Source: the human T2T-CHM13v2.0 reference genome, Homo sapiens. Taken from it: a stretch of DNA of 64,000 nucleotides. Of this stretch, positions 1 through 10,784 are shown in pieces. The position numbers and the translations under genes are program-made. Under the pieces are notes generated by a model. That model had not been told where the DNA came from, did no database searches, and saw only the letters and a program-made list of their open reading frames with translations. Every line of letters begins with the position of its first letter. The stretch's first letter is position 1. The DNA is taken from assembly GCF_009914755.1 (NCBI RefSeq), contig NC_060947.1; one strand, given 5' to 3'.

Positions 1-386
1 TTTGGAGCCCTAGTTTTCTGTGGGGAGCATTTCCTAGCAGACTTCTCACCTTCTATTGGATCTGGACTATGATTTCTGTCCCTCTTGACCCACAAGGTTT
101 TCAATATTAAAGTTGAAATTTTCTGGCATGGAAAAATGCCCTTAGAGTGAAAGCAGCTACATCCATGCTTACTCATTTCTTTAGGTTCTCACTATCACTT
201 CATTTTTGCCTAACAATACTTAAATACCTTGTTAGTAGTTCTTTATTGATTTTAAGAAGATTTTTAAAAAACAGATTTTCTGATTTCCGGTGGCTTCAAC
301 CATTATAAGAAACCCAAAGTATGTCACATGCAATTCTCTCATCATGCTTTGAAGTAGGCAGGTAGACTGGGAGGCTAAAACTATAC

Positions 387-475
387 ATATTTTGTAGATG
401 GGAAAATTCCATGAAGTTACTTGCCCAGAGCCAGACAGTGAATTAGTGACAGATCTTGAAAGAGAAATCAGGCCC
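387..475 (-). mobile_element. MIR SINE fragment
   Basis: attttgtagatgggaaaatt...gttacttgcccagagccagacag matches the reverse MIR core. Confidence 0.65.
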
Positions 476-499
476 CACATGTTACCATCACATTCTCAA

Positions 500-1330
500 A
501 TGATGAAGAAGTATTATTTCCCCTACTTATGCCAAATGCTGGGAGGATGGCCTTTGGTTGCTCCTACTTTTCCTTCCATCTTCTGTCATCATTTTATAGT
601 CTGTCTTCTCCCAAGGGGAAACCTTGCTTTGTTCATTTGGTCTTTGTAGGAGACCCCTAGAAAAAGAGTTGGCAACTTTTGCAAAGCAGTGGTGTCAAGA
701 TTCCTGGTCTTCTCCTTTCCTTTATTCCCAAGTACCCTGGTCACTCCTGGGATGTTGCTTTAGAAACAGGGAGAGGGATGTGGCAGTGGGGCCTGATCAA
801 CAGCAAACACAGGTGCCTTCTTGGCTATGGTGGTGGCCTAATTACCATGAATGATCAACGAGGTCTCCTCTGCCGTCTGCCATTGTCTCCCATCTTCTAG
901 TAGCAGTCCCTCAGGTGCAGCTTTAGAGAAGCTACATACCAGCATTCTGGAAGTGCTTTTACGCATGAGTGTTAATTTTTCCATCTGTCCTGTCATCTGT
1001 GACTACCAGAAGTTGATCTTGGAATGTGTTTAAGCAGGTTAGTGGAATAAAAACTCCAAGAAAACCTGACATTTTGGAATTGCCCATCTAAGCTGGATCA
1101 TTGAAATTGTGAACCAGAGCCTTTTAGGGAAGGGGTTGGCATAAGAAACTCAGAAATGGCTGGGAGATGAAAGTTTCAGGCTATATGACCTATGACATGA
1201 AAGCTTACAGTGGTATACACAGCCTCTGCAAGAGAAGCCCAATGGACAGACATCCCAGTTACAGACCTCTCCAGACCTTTTCTCCTCCCCAAATGAAATT
1301 GACTTCCATCTTAGAGCTTAGGTACTGTTA
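500..1330 (+). pseudogene. Endogenous bornavirus-like L (EBLL) relic, N-terminal/RdRp region, internally deleted
   Basis: KKYYFPYLCQMLGG ~ KSWYFPEIRMVDG; SIFCHHFI ~ SIFRAEFI; PLEKELATFAKQ (660) ~ PKEKEL..FSKQ; VICDYQK/WNVFK (1001) ~ motif A LDYSSWCNGFR; KKL..GWEM ~ motif B QKL..CWEI; collinear. Reference recalled from memory. Confidence 0.75.
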
Positions 1331-1331
1331 G

Positions 1332-1800
1332 CTATTCTTCCCAAGTATCCTTGACAGATGCTACAGGTATAATCAGGTACAGGTGTCTGTCTGGAAAGAT
1401 GCCAATAAGGGCAAGCAATTGGAAAGGTGCCCAAAATGTATACAAAATTAACTTGGATGTCAATTTGAACGTGCTAAGGTGGTTTGACACAAGTGAAAGG
1501 CAGAACCATGCTACTAACACTTTCCACTATGTTATGGGCAGATATTGCCAGGTTGCCAGAATTATGTCATATTTTTATTTTCAACAGTTATATTTTCTGG
1601 CATTTTGAGCACAGCATTTCTATTGATATTTGAGAGGGATTGTGGATAATTTAGCATATGGTTATGGGTTTCTTTTTCATTTAAATAAGAGATTTCACTA
1701 AGCTTGCTATCTCCCTGTATGTGATGTGATTGCACTCACTGTCTGATGTTCTGATGTTTTTTTCCCCAGGATAAGGAGAAGGAAGCTAATAGGAAAGTTT
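1332..1800 (-). pseudogene. EBLL relic, capping (PRNTase) domain, antisense, inside the flanking + copy
   Basis: Reverse strand: PY/LGKKTSE (GxxT motif); IASLVK ~ AANLVR; ORF 1332-1520 SNHLSTF..YT..FQ..ASVKDTWEE ~ SDYLHSF..YTIHFQ..ASCKTCFEK. Confidence 0.7.
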
Positions 1801-1889
1801 ATAAAGGAAGGCAATTAAAAAGTTGGATTTATGAAATAGAAGTTGGATCTATTCTGTTAAGTAAAGGATGCATGTCTTGCCAACAGTCA

Positions 1890-2290
1890 TGCCTAGTCAT
1901 ATACCTCCAGCAATAGAGGCTCTGTTGTCCTGAGCAACATTATTATCTTCTTCTAGGAAGTTATGGTCTCAGAATTCTAGGAAACTGCTTCCATGGCTGA
2001 TTTCACTCCACCACACCTGCCGTTTCCATGGACCATGGCGAGGCTAAGCTGTGGGTCAGTCAATAACCCTCAGCTGCATTGCTGATGTTGGTCTGGGGCT
2101 CCATTGGACAGAAAATGTTTGACACTGATCACCTCTATTTGACCCTGCTTCTGAGCTATTGTTTCTGCCATTTCCCCACTAATTCCAGGTAACCTAGCCT
2201 TCTCATTTACTGATCTAAGTTTCACTCTGTAATCTCATCTCTTATTGTTAACAAGAGCCACCTGGCTATCCTGCTTAACTGGGAGCGAGA
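1890..2290 (+). pseudogene. EBLL relic continuing the 500-1330 copy (post-RdRp region)
   Basis: TASMADFTP (1984) ~ SAAMADTSP; LLMLVWGSIG ~ TLCLVGPSIG; TDHL ~ SDPL; SFTDLS ~ LVTDPT. Confidence 0.7.
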
Positions 2291-2364
2291 GGAGAGCCTC
2301 GTCTGCTGCTGGGCAGAGAAACTTGTATGGGGGCTGAGGCTGGGAAAGGCAAGTAAGGTCATTT

Positions 2365-3015
2365 TCTGAGTGCTTACTATTTGCTGGGCACTGTGCTGGG
2401 TGCTTTACACATGTTAACTCTACTCATTTGCTGTCAGCGAAAGGAAGGGTAGAAAAGGCTCAACCCTAAAGGATGAGAGGCTGAATTTGTGTTGTTGTTG
2501 TTGTTTGTTTGTTTGTTTACAATAGATGGAATGGTATTGTGTAAGGGAGGGCTTACTCCACAAAGATTAAGGAGCCTATGGTCAAACAAGAGTATGACTT
2601 AAAACAAGTCATTTTCCTTTACTGAGTTTCAGTTTACCCCCCTGTAAAATGTCCACATAGTCTTTGCTCAGCTTACCATATATACTTGTTGTGAGGATAC
2701 AAGTGATATAGAATGCTTAGAAAAGTATAAAATAAAATATTGCATAATGTCATGTGAGGCAATATAGAATAGTAGTTAAGAACCAGACTACAGATGGGGT
2801 GTAGGATTGCAAATCTCAGCCCAGCAACTTGCTACCTATGTAACCTCGGACAAGTCACTTAACCTCTATATGCCTTAGTTTCAACATCTGTAATGTGAGG
2901 ATATGAATAGTACCTGTTCATGGGGTTTTTGTAAGGAAAAATAAGATAGTATGTGCAAAACATTCAGAATAGTACTAGCACATGATAAATGCTGCATAAG
3001 AACTGTTTATTATTA
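2365..3015. mobile_element. MIR cluster (minus 3' end ~2365-2425; plus ~2590-2730; near-full plus ~2756-3015)
   Basis: gtaacctcggacaagtcacttaacctctatatgccttagtttcaacatctgtaat core and typical MIR tail. Confidence 0.8.
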
Positions 3016-3044
3016 CAAATAATAGATAACTATGAATATTTTAG

Positions 3045-3350
3045 GCCCCTATCTTTCCCACATGCACTCTCTCAGTGTTGTAACCCTTAATGCAACAGAA
3101 CTTGGCTAATGCTGCAAGTCCCGTTATATTGTACATAGCTCTCTGCATGCCAGGGCACATAACCCTGCCGTAGAACACACATAGGCCATAGCACTTGGCT
3201 ATATAAGGAGGTGGGAGCTCAGTACTCCCAGTGGATGAGAGAAAGGCCTCTGTAAAACTGGATGGCCTCTGAGGTAAATGCCATAAAGGATTCATTTACA
3301 TAAATTCAGAATGCTTCTTAACTTTTCAGAAACATGTTTCCTGCATTAAG
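3045..3350 (+). pseudogene. Endogenous bornavirus-like N (EBLN) relic, N-terminal part
   Basis: SPVILYIALCMPG (3117) ~ TPSLVFLCLLIPG; LSTP/V..SVK (3218) ~ LSTPV..VVK. Confidence 0.7.
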
Positions 3351-3399
3351 TGAGATATATCTGTATATAGAGGAAGCTGCAGAGTTATAGCATCCCTCT

Positions 3400-6260
3400 A
3401 CAACATTTATTGAGAGACAAAGAGGACTAATGCGTGAGGATGTGTGAGATAAAAAGAAGACTAAGACATAGTCCCCAACCTTAGAGAGTTGATCATTTAG
3501 TAGGGGAGATAAGACATATAGTCAAGCTCAACATGTTGTAAGACAGAACCGTGTTATCAGAGTAAATGAGAACATACATATATCCTTTATAAGCTGGGAA
3601 GACTATATAAATGCCAATGGTTTTAGGTTTTTTTTTTTTAAACAAGCCTTAAGAATTGCAAAGTGCTGTAGGAGATAGAGAAGAAAGGAACCATTTCTTA
3701 CTGGGGGCATCATGGAAAGCACTGAAGCATGAGTAGTCTTTCAACAGGTAGAACTGAGGGCAAAGGGCACCAGCAAAGCCCTGCAGATGAGAACTCACTC
3801 AGGATATGAAGGGACCAGTAAGTAGCTTGTGTCGGCTTCCGCATAGAATACACACAGGAGTCTTCCTGAAGGATGACAAAGCTGGAAAGTTTGGCTGGAG
3901 CTGGGCTTAAATACCAGGCTACGAAGTTGGGCTTATTTAGGAGGCCATGGGGAATTTTAGAGCAGGGGAATTGCATCATTCAAACTTCCCTTTTGGAAGT
4001 CACTCTGACAGCAGGAAGTGCCATCTCCTCTGGCCGCCTGAAGGACTTTTCTCCTGCAATGCTATCTCTTTCTCTTCTGCATCATCAATCTTTCTCCAGA
4101 GATATGCAGTGGCAGCCTGCTGCTTTCAAAAAACAAACAAATGAAAATCTTTTTTGGCTGCATACTCTCTTTCTATTTCTCTACAGCCCTGATAGCACAC
4201 CGTCTAGAAAAAAAAGTCTATACTCCTTGTTTCCACTTCCTCGCTTATCAATCTCTTCTCAACTTGCTTTAGACAAGCATCTACCCCCAGGTATATCATT
4301 GTCAATATCCTCATATTTTTGTGAAGGTCACTAGTGACCTCCATGGAGTCACATCCAACAGTCCTTTTTCTGCAATACTCTTTTCTCTTGATTTTCCAAA
4401 CTCAGTACTCTTCCAGCTTTCCTCATCTCTCTCTAGCCATTCCTTCTCAGTCTCCTTTGTTGACTATTTCTTCTCTATGTCATCTCTAATTGTTGGCACA
4501 CCCGACGGCTCAGTTCTAGATCCTCGACTTCTCTTTATCAGTACTCTTATTTAAAGTGATTTTATCCAGTTCCATACTTTAAAAAAAGTCTGCCTGTTGA
4601 TGATGCTCATATTCATATCTTCAGCTCTCACCTCTCCACTGAGCTTCAAACTTATATATTCTCCTATCTACCTAACATCTCCACTTAGGGGTCTAATAGC
4701 ATCTCAAATTTTATCATGGCCAAAAACACCCTCTTGATCTGTGCACTTACCACATCTGCACCAAATTATTTCTACTGCAGGCTTCCCCTTATAAGTAAAT
4801 GGTACCATTTGTCCAAGACCATAACCTAAGCCTCATTCTTGATCCTATTTTCTCCCACCCAACACATCCTCTTCATCTATCTATTAACAAGTTCTATTGG
4901 CTCCCCCTCAAAAACGTATAAAAATCCATCCATGTTGTCTATCTCCACTGCTCCCACCTGGCCCAAGCCACCACCATCTTTTGCCTAGACCACTACAATT
5001 GTCTCTTAACTGGTTTGCACACTTCTACTCTTGCTCTTCTATATTTTTACTACTAATTATGGGGCCTACAGTGAATTCTTCACAAAACCTTCAAAGTGAG
5101 GTTTTAAAAACATAAATCAGATCATGTCACTCATCTGCTTGAAACCATCCAATAGCTTCCTGTTGCAATTAAAATTCAAACTCCTTCCGATGGTTTACAA
5201 GGGCCCTGCGGGATTTGGCCACTGCATGTCTCTTCAGCCTCATCTTGTGCCACACTCCCTCTTGCTCACTATGTTTTAGTCTTACTGTCTTTCTGTTCTG
5301 TTAACAAGCCAATTAAGGCCTCTGCACTGCTCTTTTCTCTTCTTGGAATGTTCTTCCCCTAGATCTTTACATGTGACAGGCTTCTTCTTGCCCTTTAGGT
5401 CTCAGCATAGATGTCACTTCACCTCAGAAAGAGTTTTCTTCACCATGTAAAGTAGCCTCCCTTCCTTGCCATCACTTCCTAATACATCAGCCTGTTTTAT
5501 TATTGTTATAGTATTTATTTATGTCAAATCATCTTATTTATGTGTTTATTACCCAATCCCCACACACAACTAGGATGTAAGCACCATTAGAGCAGGAACC
5601 TTTTCTGTCCTATTCACCCTTGTATCTCCCATGCCTGGAACAGTGCCTGGTATGTAGTAGACACACAATAAATATATATTGAGTGAATGTGGCATAAATT
5701 AATTAGCAGCAGAGTGGTTACTGCAGTGATACAAACAACAATCAATAAAGGTTTTAATTAAATTGGTGGTAGTAGTAAGTGAGATGAAGGAGGAAAAATC
5801 AGTATTAGACTAATCCCACCCAAATTGCATTTAAAGGCATTTAATACAGAAAATTTATCCTAAGTCACTATTTCTAGTACAGAGTATCAAAACTAGGACC
5901 ACAAATCAATTAAGCAATAAATAATTATCCATTCATTAACCAAAAAAAGAAATGAAAGAATAAGTCAGTGGAACTTGGTGTATAGGAGTAGAAAGAAGAA
6001 TGATGATTCCATAGTTTCTTGCCATTAGAACAAAATAGGAAATTTGAGAGAAAAACTGCTGGTAGGTGGGAGGGAAGAATGACAGGTTTGGTATAGAACA
6101 TGCTGATTTTTACTCATCCTCTGAGGCGTCTGGGAGACTGCCTCAGTGTGAGTTTAGAATTCTACAGGAAGGACTGAGGAGAAGATAGAGATTAGGTACA
6201 TAATCAGCATAGCCATGAGAGTTCAAAGCAATAGGAGTGGGATTCCTTGAGGAATAAAAA
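3400..6260 (-). mobile_element. Old L2 (minus; ~3400-3980 and ~5705-6260) split by a plus-strand L2
   Basis: caacatttattgag..aagacatagtccccaaccttagagagttgatcatttagtagggg is the reverse L2 3' end; resumes after 5700. Confidence 0.65.
4200..5690 (+). mobile_element. L2a-type LINE, 3' ~1.5 kb
   Basis: taaatcagatcatgtcactc; ends ggaacagtgcctggtatgtagtagacacacaataaatatatattgagtgaatg. Confidence 0.9.
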
Positions 6261-6439
6261 TCAACTGAAGGGGATAGGAAATCTTTATTTCAAGGGATCT
6301 GTCTATCACATTTCTTAGCTCCCAGGAAGTATAACTAGAAATGTGGATTATAATAATTTCCATTTTCCCCAGGCACTTCCCCACAGTTCACTCCCTCTCT
6401 TGAATAACTCTGTGGATGTTTTTTCCCAGGTAGGGGGTT

Positions 6440-6920
6440 CCTGGTATGGGCTGTGAGGAAGCACCGTGATCCTTTTTGCCATCAGCCCCCATATTTATGC
6501 CTCTCACTACTAACAGGGACAGATATCAAGATAAGCAATGGAGAATGCCTCTAAAAGATTTTGTGGTCTTTTGGGGGAAAAAGCCTAGCTATAAAGAAAG
6601 TTATCACTTCTATTTTGCTTTTTCCAATGCAAATACACAGTCTGATCCCTTAAATACCAGAAGCGATGCTGTCAGCAGCAACAACTTAAAAAAAGTTCAC
6701 CCCGATATGTAAAGCTTTTTTTGTAAATCAGACTTGCTCCCTAATGCTGTCAGTTGAAGAACTGCCCTTATAATTTTTACTCACTGCCAACCTGTGCCTT
6801 GCCAAGATGAAGGAGCTCATCTGAGTTAGTAGTAGAACTGGGTTGAGACCCTCAGACTTCTAGGCCCAGCCCTTCACCTCACGAGCAGCTGTTGGCAGCA
6901 ATCTCAGATTGTTATTCTAC
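6440..6920 (+). pseudogene. EBLN relic, C-terminal half (likely continues 3045-3350)
   Basis: FMPLTTN..DKQWRMPLK ~ LSLLTTD..GKEFMDQIK; VSSNNLKKVHPDM*SF..PNAV ~ VSAKLKEDHADLFPF..PDAI. Confidence 0.7.
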
Positions 6921-6929
6921 CCTCTTTCT

Positions 6930-7090
6930 TTGCTTCATCTTGAACCCTTGGTGGGAGCCAAAAGCCTATCAGAGACTGATTGTTCTGCTGCTGTTGGCAG
7001 ATTGGCACCAGCCAGTTTCAATGCTTGTGCAAAGAGCATATAATAGGTCCCTAATGAGGGCAAGACAATGAGTGTTTGGTTTTGATTGCA
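6930..7090 (+). pseudogene. Second EBLN C-terminal fragment
   Basis: LEPLVGA ~ LFPFLGA; RLAPASFNACA ~ KLAPRSFPNLA. Confidence 0.6.
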
Positions 7091-7409
7091 GGGCTTATTT
7101 GTCGTGTGTCTGTGTCTATATCTAGTCCCTACAAAGCAAACCTGTTGGTGGGACAGGGCAGGCAGGAGAGGAGGAGGCTGTGAAATAGAGACTCAAAGGA
7201 CAAAGTGGCAAGTGGTCCAAGGCTCTGCAGTGGTTCATAGCTATAGGAAATGGAACCTAGAACTTAGTCCTGTGCCTTGGGCCTTGGGCTTGAGCAGAAG
7301 AGAGAGGAGTGGGTTTGGGTGGTCACAGTGGGCTGTTATATTCTGAACAAGACAGAACAGTCTGAATTTGGGTTCTGGAAAAGGAATCAACTCCTGTTGG
7401 GGGAAAAAA

Positions 7410-7530
7410 GTAAGCTCTATTGGAGCAGTAACTTTGTTTGTCTTCTTCACCTCTGTATCCCCAGGGTCTAGAAAAATGCCTGGCCATAGTACCTCTACAA
7501 TAAATATTTGTTGAATATGAATATGAATTT
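7410..7530 (+). mobile_element. L2 3' end
   Basis: tctgtatccccagggtctag..gcctggccatagt..aataaatatttgttgaat. Confidence 0.8.
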
Positions 7531-7559
7531 TTTTCTGAATAGAAATCTCGAGTCTTTGA

Positions 7560-7853
7560 GATTTTATTGATTAACTCAGCTTGTCTAGCGGAAGCCTTTC
7601 CCTGGCTTTCACTGGAAGAATTTAATTTGTGTAACAGTCCAGGCAATAAGCCAAAACCCCACAGAGATTGCTTTTTAGAATTGCTCTTGTGCCCATTTGC
7701 TTTATTTTCGCTTTCCTCTAGACCTGGTCTTCCATATTGAACATTTCGAGATGTTTTTTCTCCTGAGCTAATAATCTCCATAAGCTCCCATTTTTCTTGC
7801 CCCATCACTGGGTTGCTGATACAATCTGAACCTCTGATAACTGAGATTTCCAT
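7560..7853 (-). pseudogene. EBLN relic, N-terminal part, inverted
   Basis: RGSDCISNPVMGQEK ~ GGSDPHPGIGHEK; QSLWGFGLLPGLLH ~ PSLVFLCLLIPGLH (spacing ~18 aa longer than reference). Confidence 0.5.
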
Positions 7854-7896
7854 TTGCTTGCTGATCTCTCCTTAGTACAGTGGGCCTTATGAACAA

Positions 7897-7939
7897 CGTG
7901 TGTTACCGTGTGTGTGTCTGTGTGTGTGTGTGTGTGTGT
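7897..7939 (+). repeat. Imperfect (TG)n microsatellite
   Basis: Visible tgtgtg run. Confidence 0.9.
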
Positions 7940-8079
7940 AAGCAATCAGAACTGCCTGGAAAAATGAAAATAAGTAAAGAGGGCAATGGAAGGTGATGAT
8001 TCACACATAAGTGAAATGATTAGATACTTCTCAGCCTGTCACTAGAGTCTTATGAATACTAGACAGGAAGATACCTTTG

Positions 8080-8570
8080 TTAAGTACCAAATCTCAAATT
8101 GGCCCTAAAATGGAGCTCTCCAGTTCAAGGGAATGGTTGATCTTCCAAAAACAGGCAGATGGTGAATCCACTAACTCTTATAATCTCCAAGGTCATTGTA
8201 AAGTAGGAAACCGGGAAGCCTGGAAGATAAGTAGGCCCATGGCTGTAAATAAGGCTTCCAGTTGGCCTGTGAGGAGGACTTTGGGAACAGCAGCTACTAT
8301 CCATCCTTGGCCCTGCCTGAGCCTAGCTCCTCATGCTGCCTAATTCAGAAACTATAGCCATGTACTCCCAGTCCCTCTCTCAGCTTCTCCCACCATCTCC
8401 AGAAACTGCTGAGGGAGGGAAAATTAACATTAAGTTAGAACCAGCAAGCATTGAAGAAGCAGGCAAGCATCAGAGGTGAGGAACAACCTATAAGTCAATA
8501 ACAGGAGAGTGAGTCTTTTAGGACAAACCTTGGAATGTTGACCAGAGTCTCAAGAAAATGTTTTACGTAG
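8080..8570 (+). pseudogene. EBLN relic, central part
   Basis: MELSS ~ LEISS; KVG..K..MAVNKAS ~ KAG..K..MAALNRPS; PHAA ~ PHEA; GRE ~ GKE; TYKSI ~ TYTTI. Confidence 0.65.
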
Positions 8571-8656
8571 CTGTGTGCTTAAAAATAACTGAGTTTTTGT
8601 CATAGATAATACAAATAGTCAAAATTTCATCCTTTAGTCCCTCTACCTCGTGGTGT

Positions 8657-8937
8657 TAATAATAATGACAGCCAACATTTATTGAGTGCTTACTATGTGC
8701 CAGACACTGTCTTAAGCACCTTATGCACATCATCTCACAACTTCATTTAATTGCCACAACAATTCCCATGGTGGGGGTGGGTACAATTACTGTTACTTCC
8801 AGTTTATAAATGATAAAGCAGAGGTTCAGAGTAGTGAATGAGTTTTCCTGATTCATACAGCTACTGAGTGATAGAGAAAGGATTTGAAGCAAGGTTCTCT
8901 AACCTCAGAACCACATCTGTTAACCAATACACTGTAA
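8657..8937 (-). mobile_element. MIR, near full length
   Basis: aacatttattgagtgcttactatgtgccagacactg..gaggttcagagtag..ggatttgaagcaagg. Confidence 0.9.
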
Positions 8938-9269
8938 TAGGTCTTTTCCTTCCTTTGACTCTTTTTGCTTAAACCACAATTGTATAAAGACTTAAGTTGA
9001 TGCAATAGCAATGGAAGTGAAAAATATTGTAAGTGTTTTGTCTTCTTTCATGGAACAATGGGTTTAGTAGCTGCCATACCCCTTTAACCATGTCAGAAAA
9101 GCATGAAAAAACAGCATATATTGGTGTATCATATACCGTTATTAAATAATAAGCCATATTATATATGTTATTAAACTATGAACAGACAGCAGTAGATTTT
9201 ACTGTGGAAACTTTTGATAGACGCACAGCACAAGTATCTCATAAGCACAATTTTATTAGATTCACATGT

Positions 9270-9559
9270 TTATTCTGAGATCTGTGACATATTCAGGAAT
9301 ATACCTCCTGTGTAACTGAGGTAAAGGGTTTCTGAAGCCAGGCCTTCTTGTATTTTTTCTTCCAGGAGGGAACTGAGGTTATAGATAGGTGTATACTCCA
9401 AGTACACTTGATAGAGTGAGCTGTGCCAGGTTGAGGAATGAGTTTCCATTACTGGCTTAGGAGGGGGTGAAAGTGGGGGCCACAGAAGGTTCTGAAGCTT
9501 GAGGTGCACAATGCTTTTTGTCAGCTTGCTACCAGTGTCAGTGCAAATGGGGAAAGGCT
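9270..9559 (-). pseudogene. EBLL relic (approx. L 280-440), inverted relative to the adjacent copy
   Basis: LSPFALTLVAS*QKALC ~ LDPVLLLMVSSVQKSWY; LWPPL ~ KWPPV; YNLSS/WKKKYKKAWLQKP ~ YNAAAFWKKYGERLERP. Confidence 0.8.
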
Positions 9560-9560
9560 T

Positions 9561-10600
9561 GATGTCTTCCAGGACACAAGACTATTTAAGCTTAACATCC
9601 CAGGAACATATTCAATACTGTCCAGAGACTTCTCTTTCTTTATCTGAACAGATATTTAATGATAGAAAGGTGTAGGCCAGTGAGTAGTCAACAATAGGCA
9701 ACGATTCTAGAGTACTGACTCCCTATGTACTATAATTGGCTGTAATTTGCTCAAAGATTCATTCTAGGCGCAGGCACTTTCTACATACTCCATACCATTA
9801 GGCAGGATCTTGCCAAGATGGAGACCTTCGGACCTGTCTACATACAGTGGGGTAGCTGTCTGCCCAACTATGACCCTCATGATTATGCCATACCACACTG
9901 GACAGCTCCCATCCAGCCCGGAGCTCTTTCCTCTTTCCTTGACACATCCCTCAGGGCCCTTATCCACTGAATAGCATGAGCCCAGACAGCACCTCCTCAG
10001 ACCAGGTTCACACCACCATACTCCAAGGCAACCCTCCAGGCACTTATCCATGCTCCTAATACCAATAAACAGCCTTTGCTCACAAGAGAAGCTATATCCT
10101 AATTGTGCATGTAGTAAGAGCTTTCTTGTTAAGATCACACATTAGCTGTGATACACACTGAGACAAGTCTGCTTTCCACTAGAGTCTACCTTGCAATTAC
10201 ACAATCTGGATACTGGCCTTTGTGGCCTACCCAGCCACTCTTTACTCAGTGAGGCAACCCTTGTGCAGATTAGAGCTCTCAGTGGACTCTCCAATACAAC
10301 GAAGCAGGCCCTACCATCCTGCCCCTCTGCATGTTGTGTCCATCCCCACCACCAGCCACCACTTCCCACAAGACAATCAGCCCAGAGACTTTAATTGCTG
10401 GGTCTGCTGTGAGGCTGGCCTCACCAGCTCTCACCTTCACTGCAGCTTATACGGCTGTTTTGCTCACAGAAAGGCAACCATCTCCAGAGGAGGATCCACA
10501 TCTCACCATATGCCCAGTGAAGCCACTTTCCAGTGCCCCTAGTCAGTGCTGCATTATCCAGAAGGCCAGATAAGTATGTGCTTAGAGAATAACACTGTGG
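9561..10600 (+). pseudogene. EBLL relic (approx. L 850-1175) including capping motifs
   Basis: RLFKLNIP..LSRD ~ RVVKLRIA..LVTD; NDSRVLT ~ HSSRIAT; QDLAKMETFGP ~ RDLSTMMPLRP; SNT (10290) to GGSTSHHMPS (H at 10504) ~ GSNT..GGTLTHRLPS, 214 nt apart vs 71 codons in reference. Confidence 0.85.
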
Positions 10601-10784
10601 GGGCACCAATCAAATGATTTTTAAAAGAGTTAGAAATTTGATATTTAAAAAGCTGAAGTAGATAAGAAAAATCAGAGCTGTGTTGGATTTTTTTGTCATC
10701 TGTTGTATGGCTTATAATTGTTTCCATGTGAATTACAGAGAGGAAGGTAGACACAAAAATGTTTTCATTAATTAGGGCTTCCAA

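Noticed and set aside
9770-9930. FYILHTIR..TAPIQPGA resembling the bornavirus N C-terminus
   Set aside because: The same bases fit L (QDLAKMETFGP) collinearly with both flanks. The N match is probably chance, which shows the limits of by-eye matching.
10365-10380. QDNQ as a possible GDNQ motif C
   Set aside because: It lies between the capping motifs, out of order.
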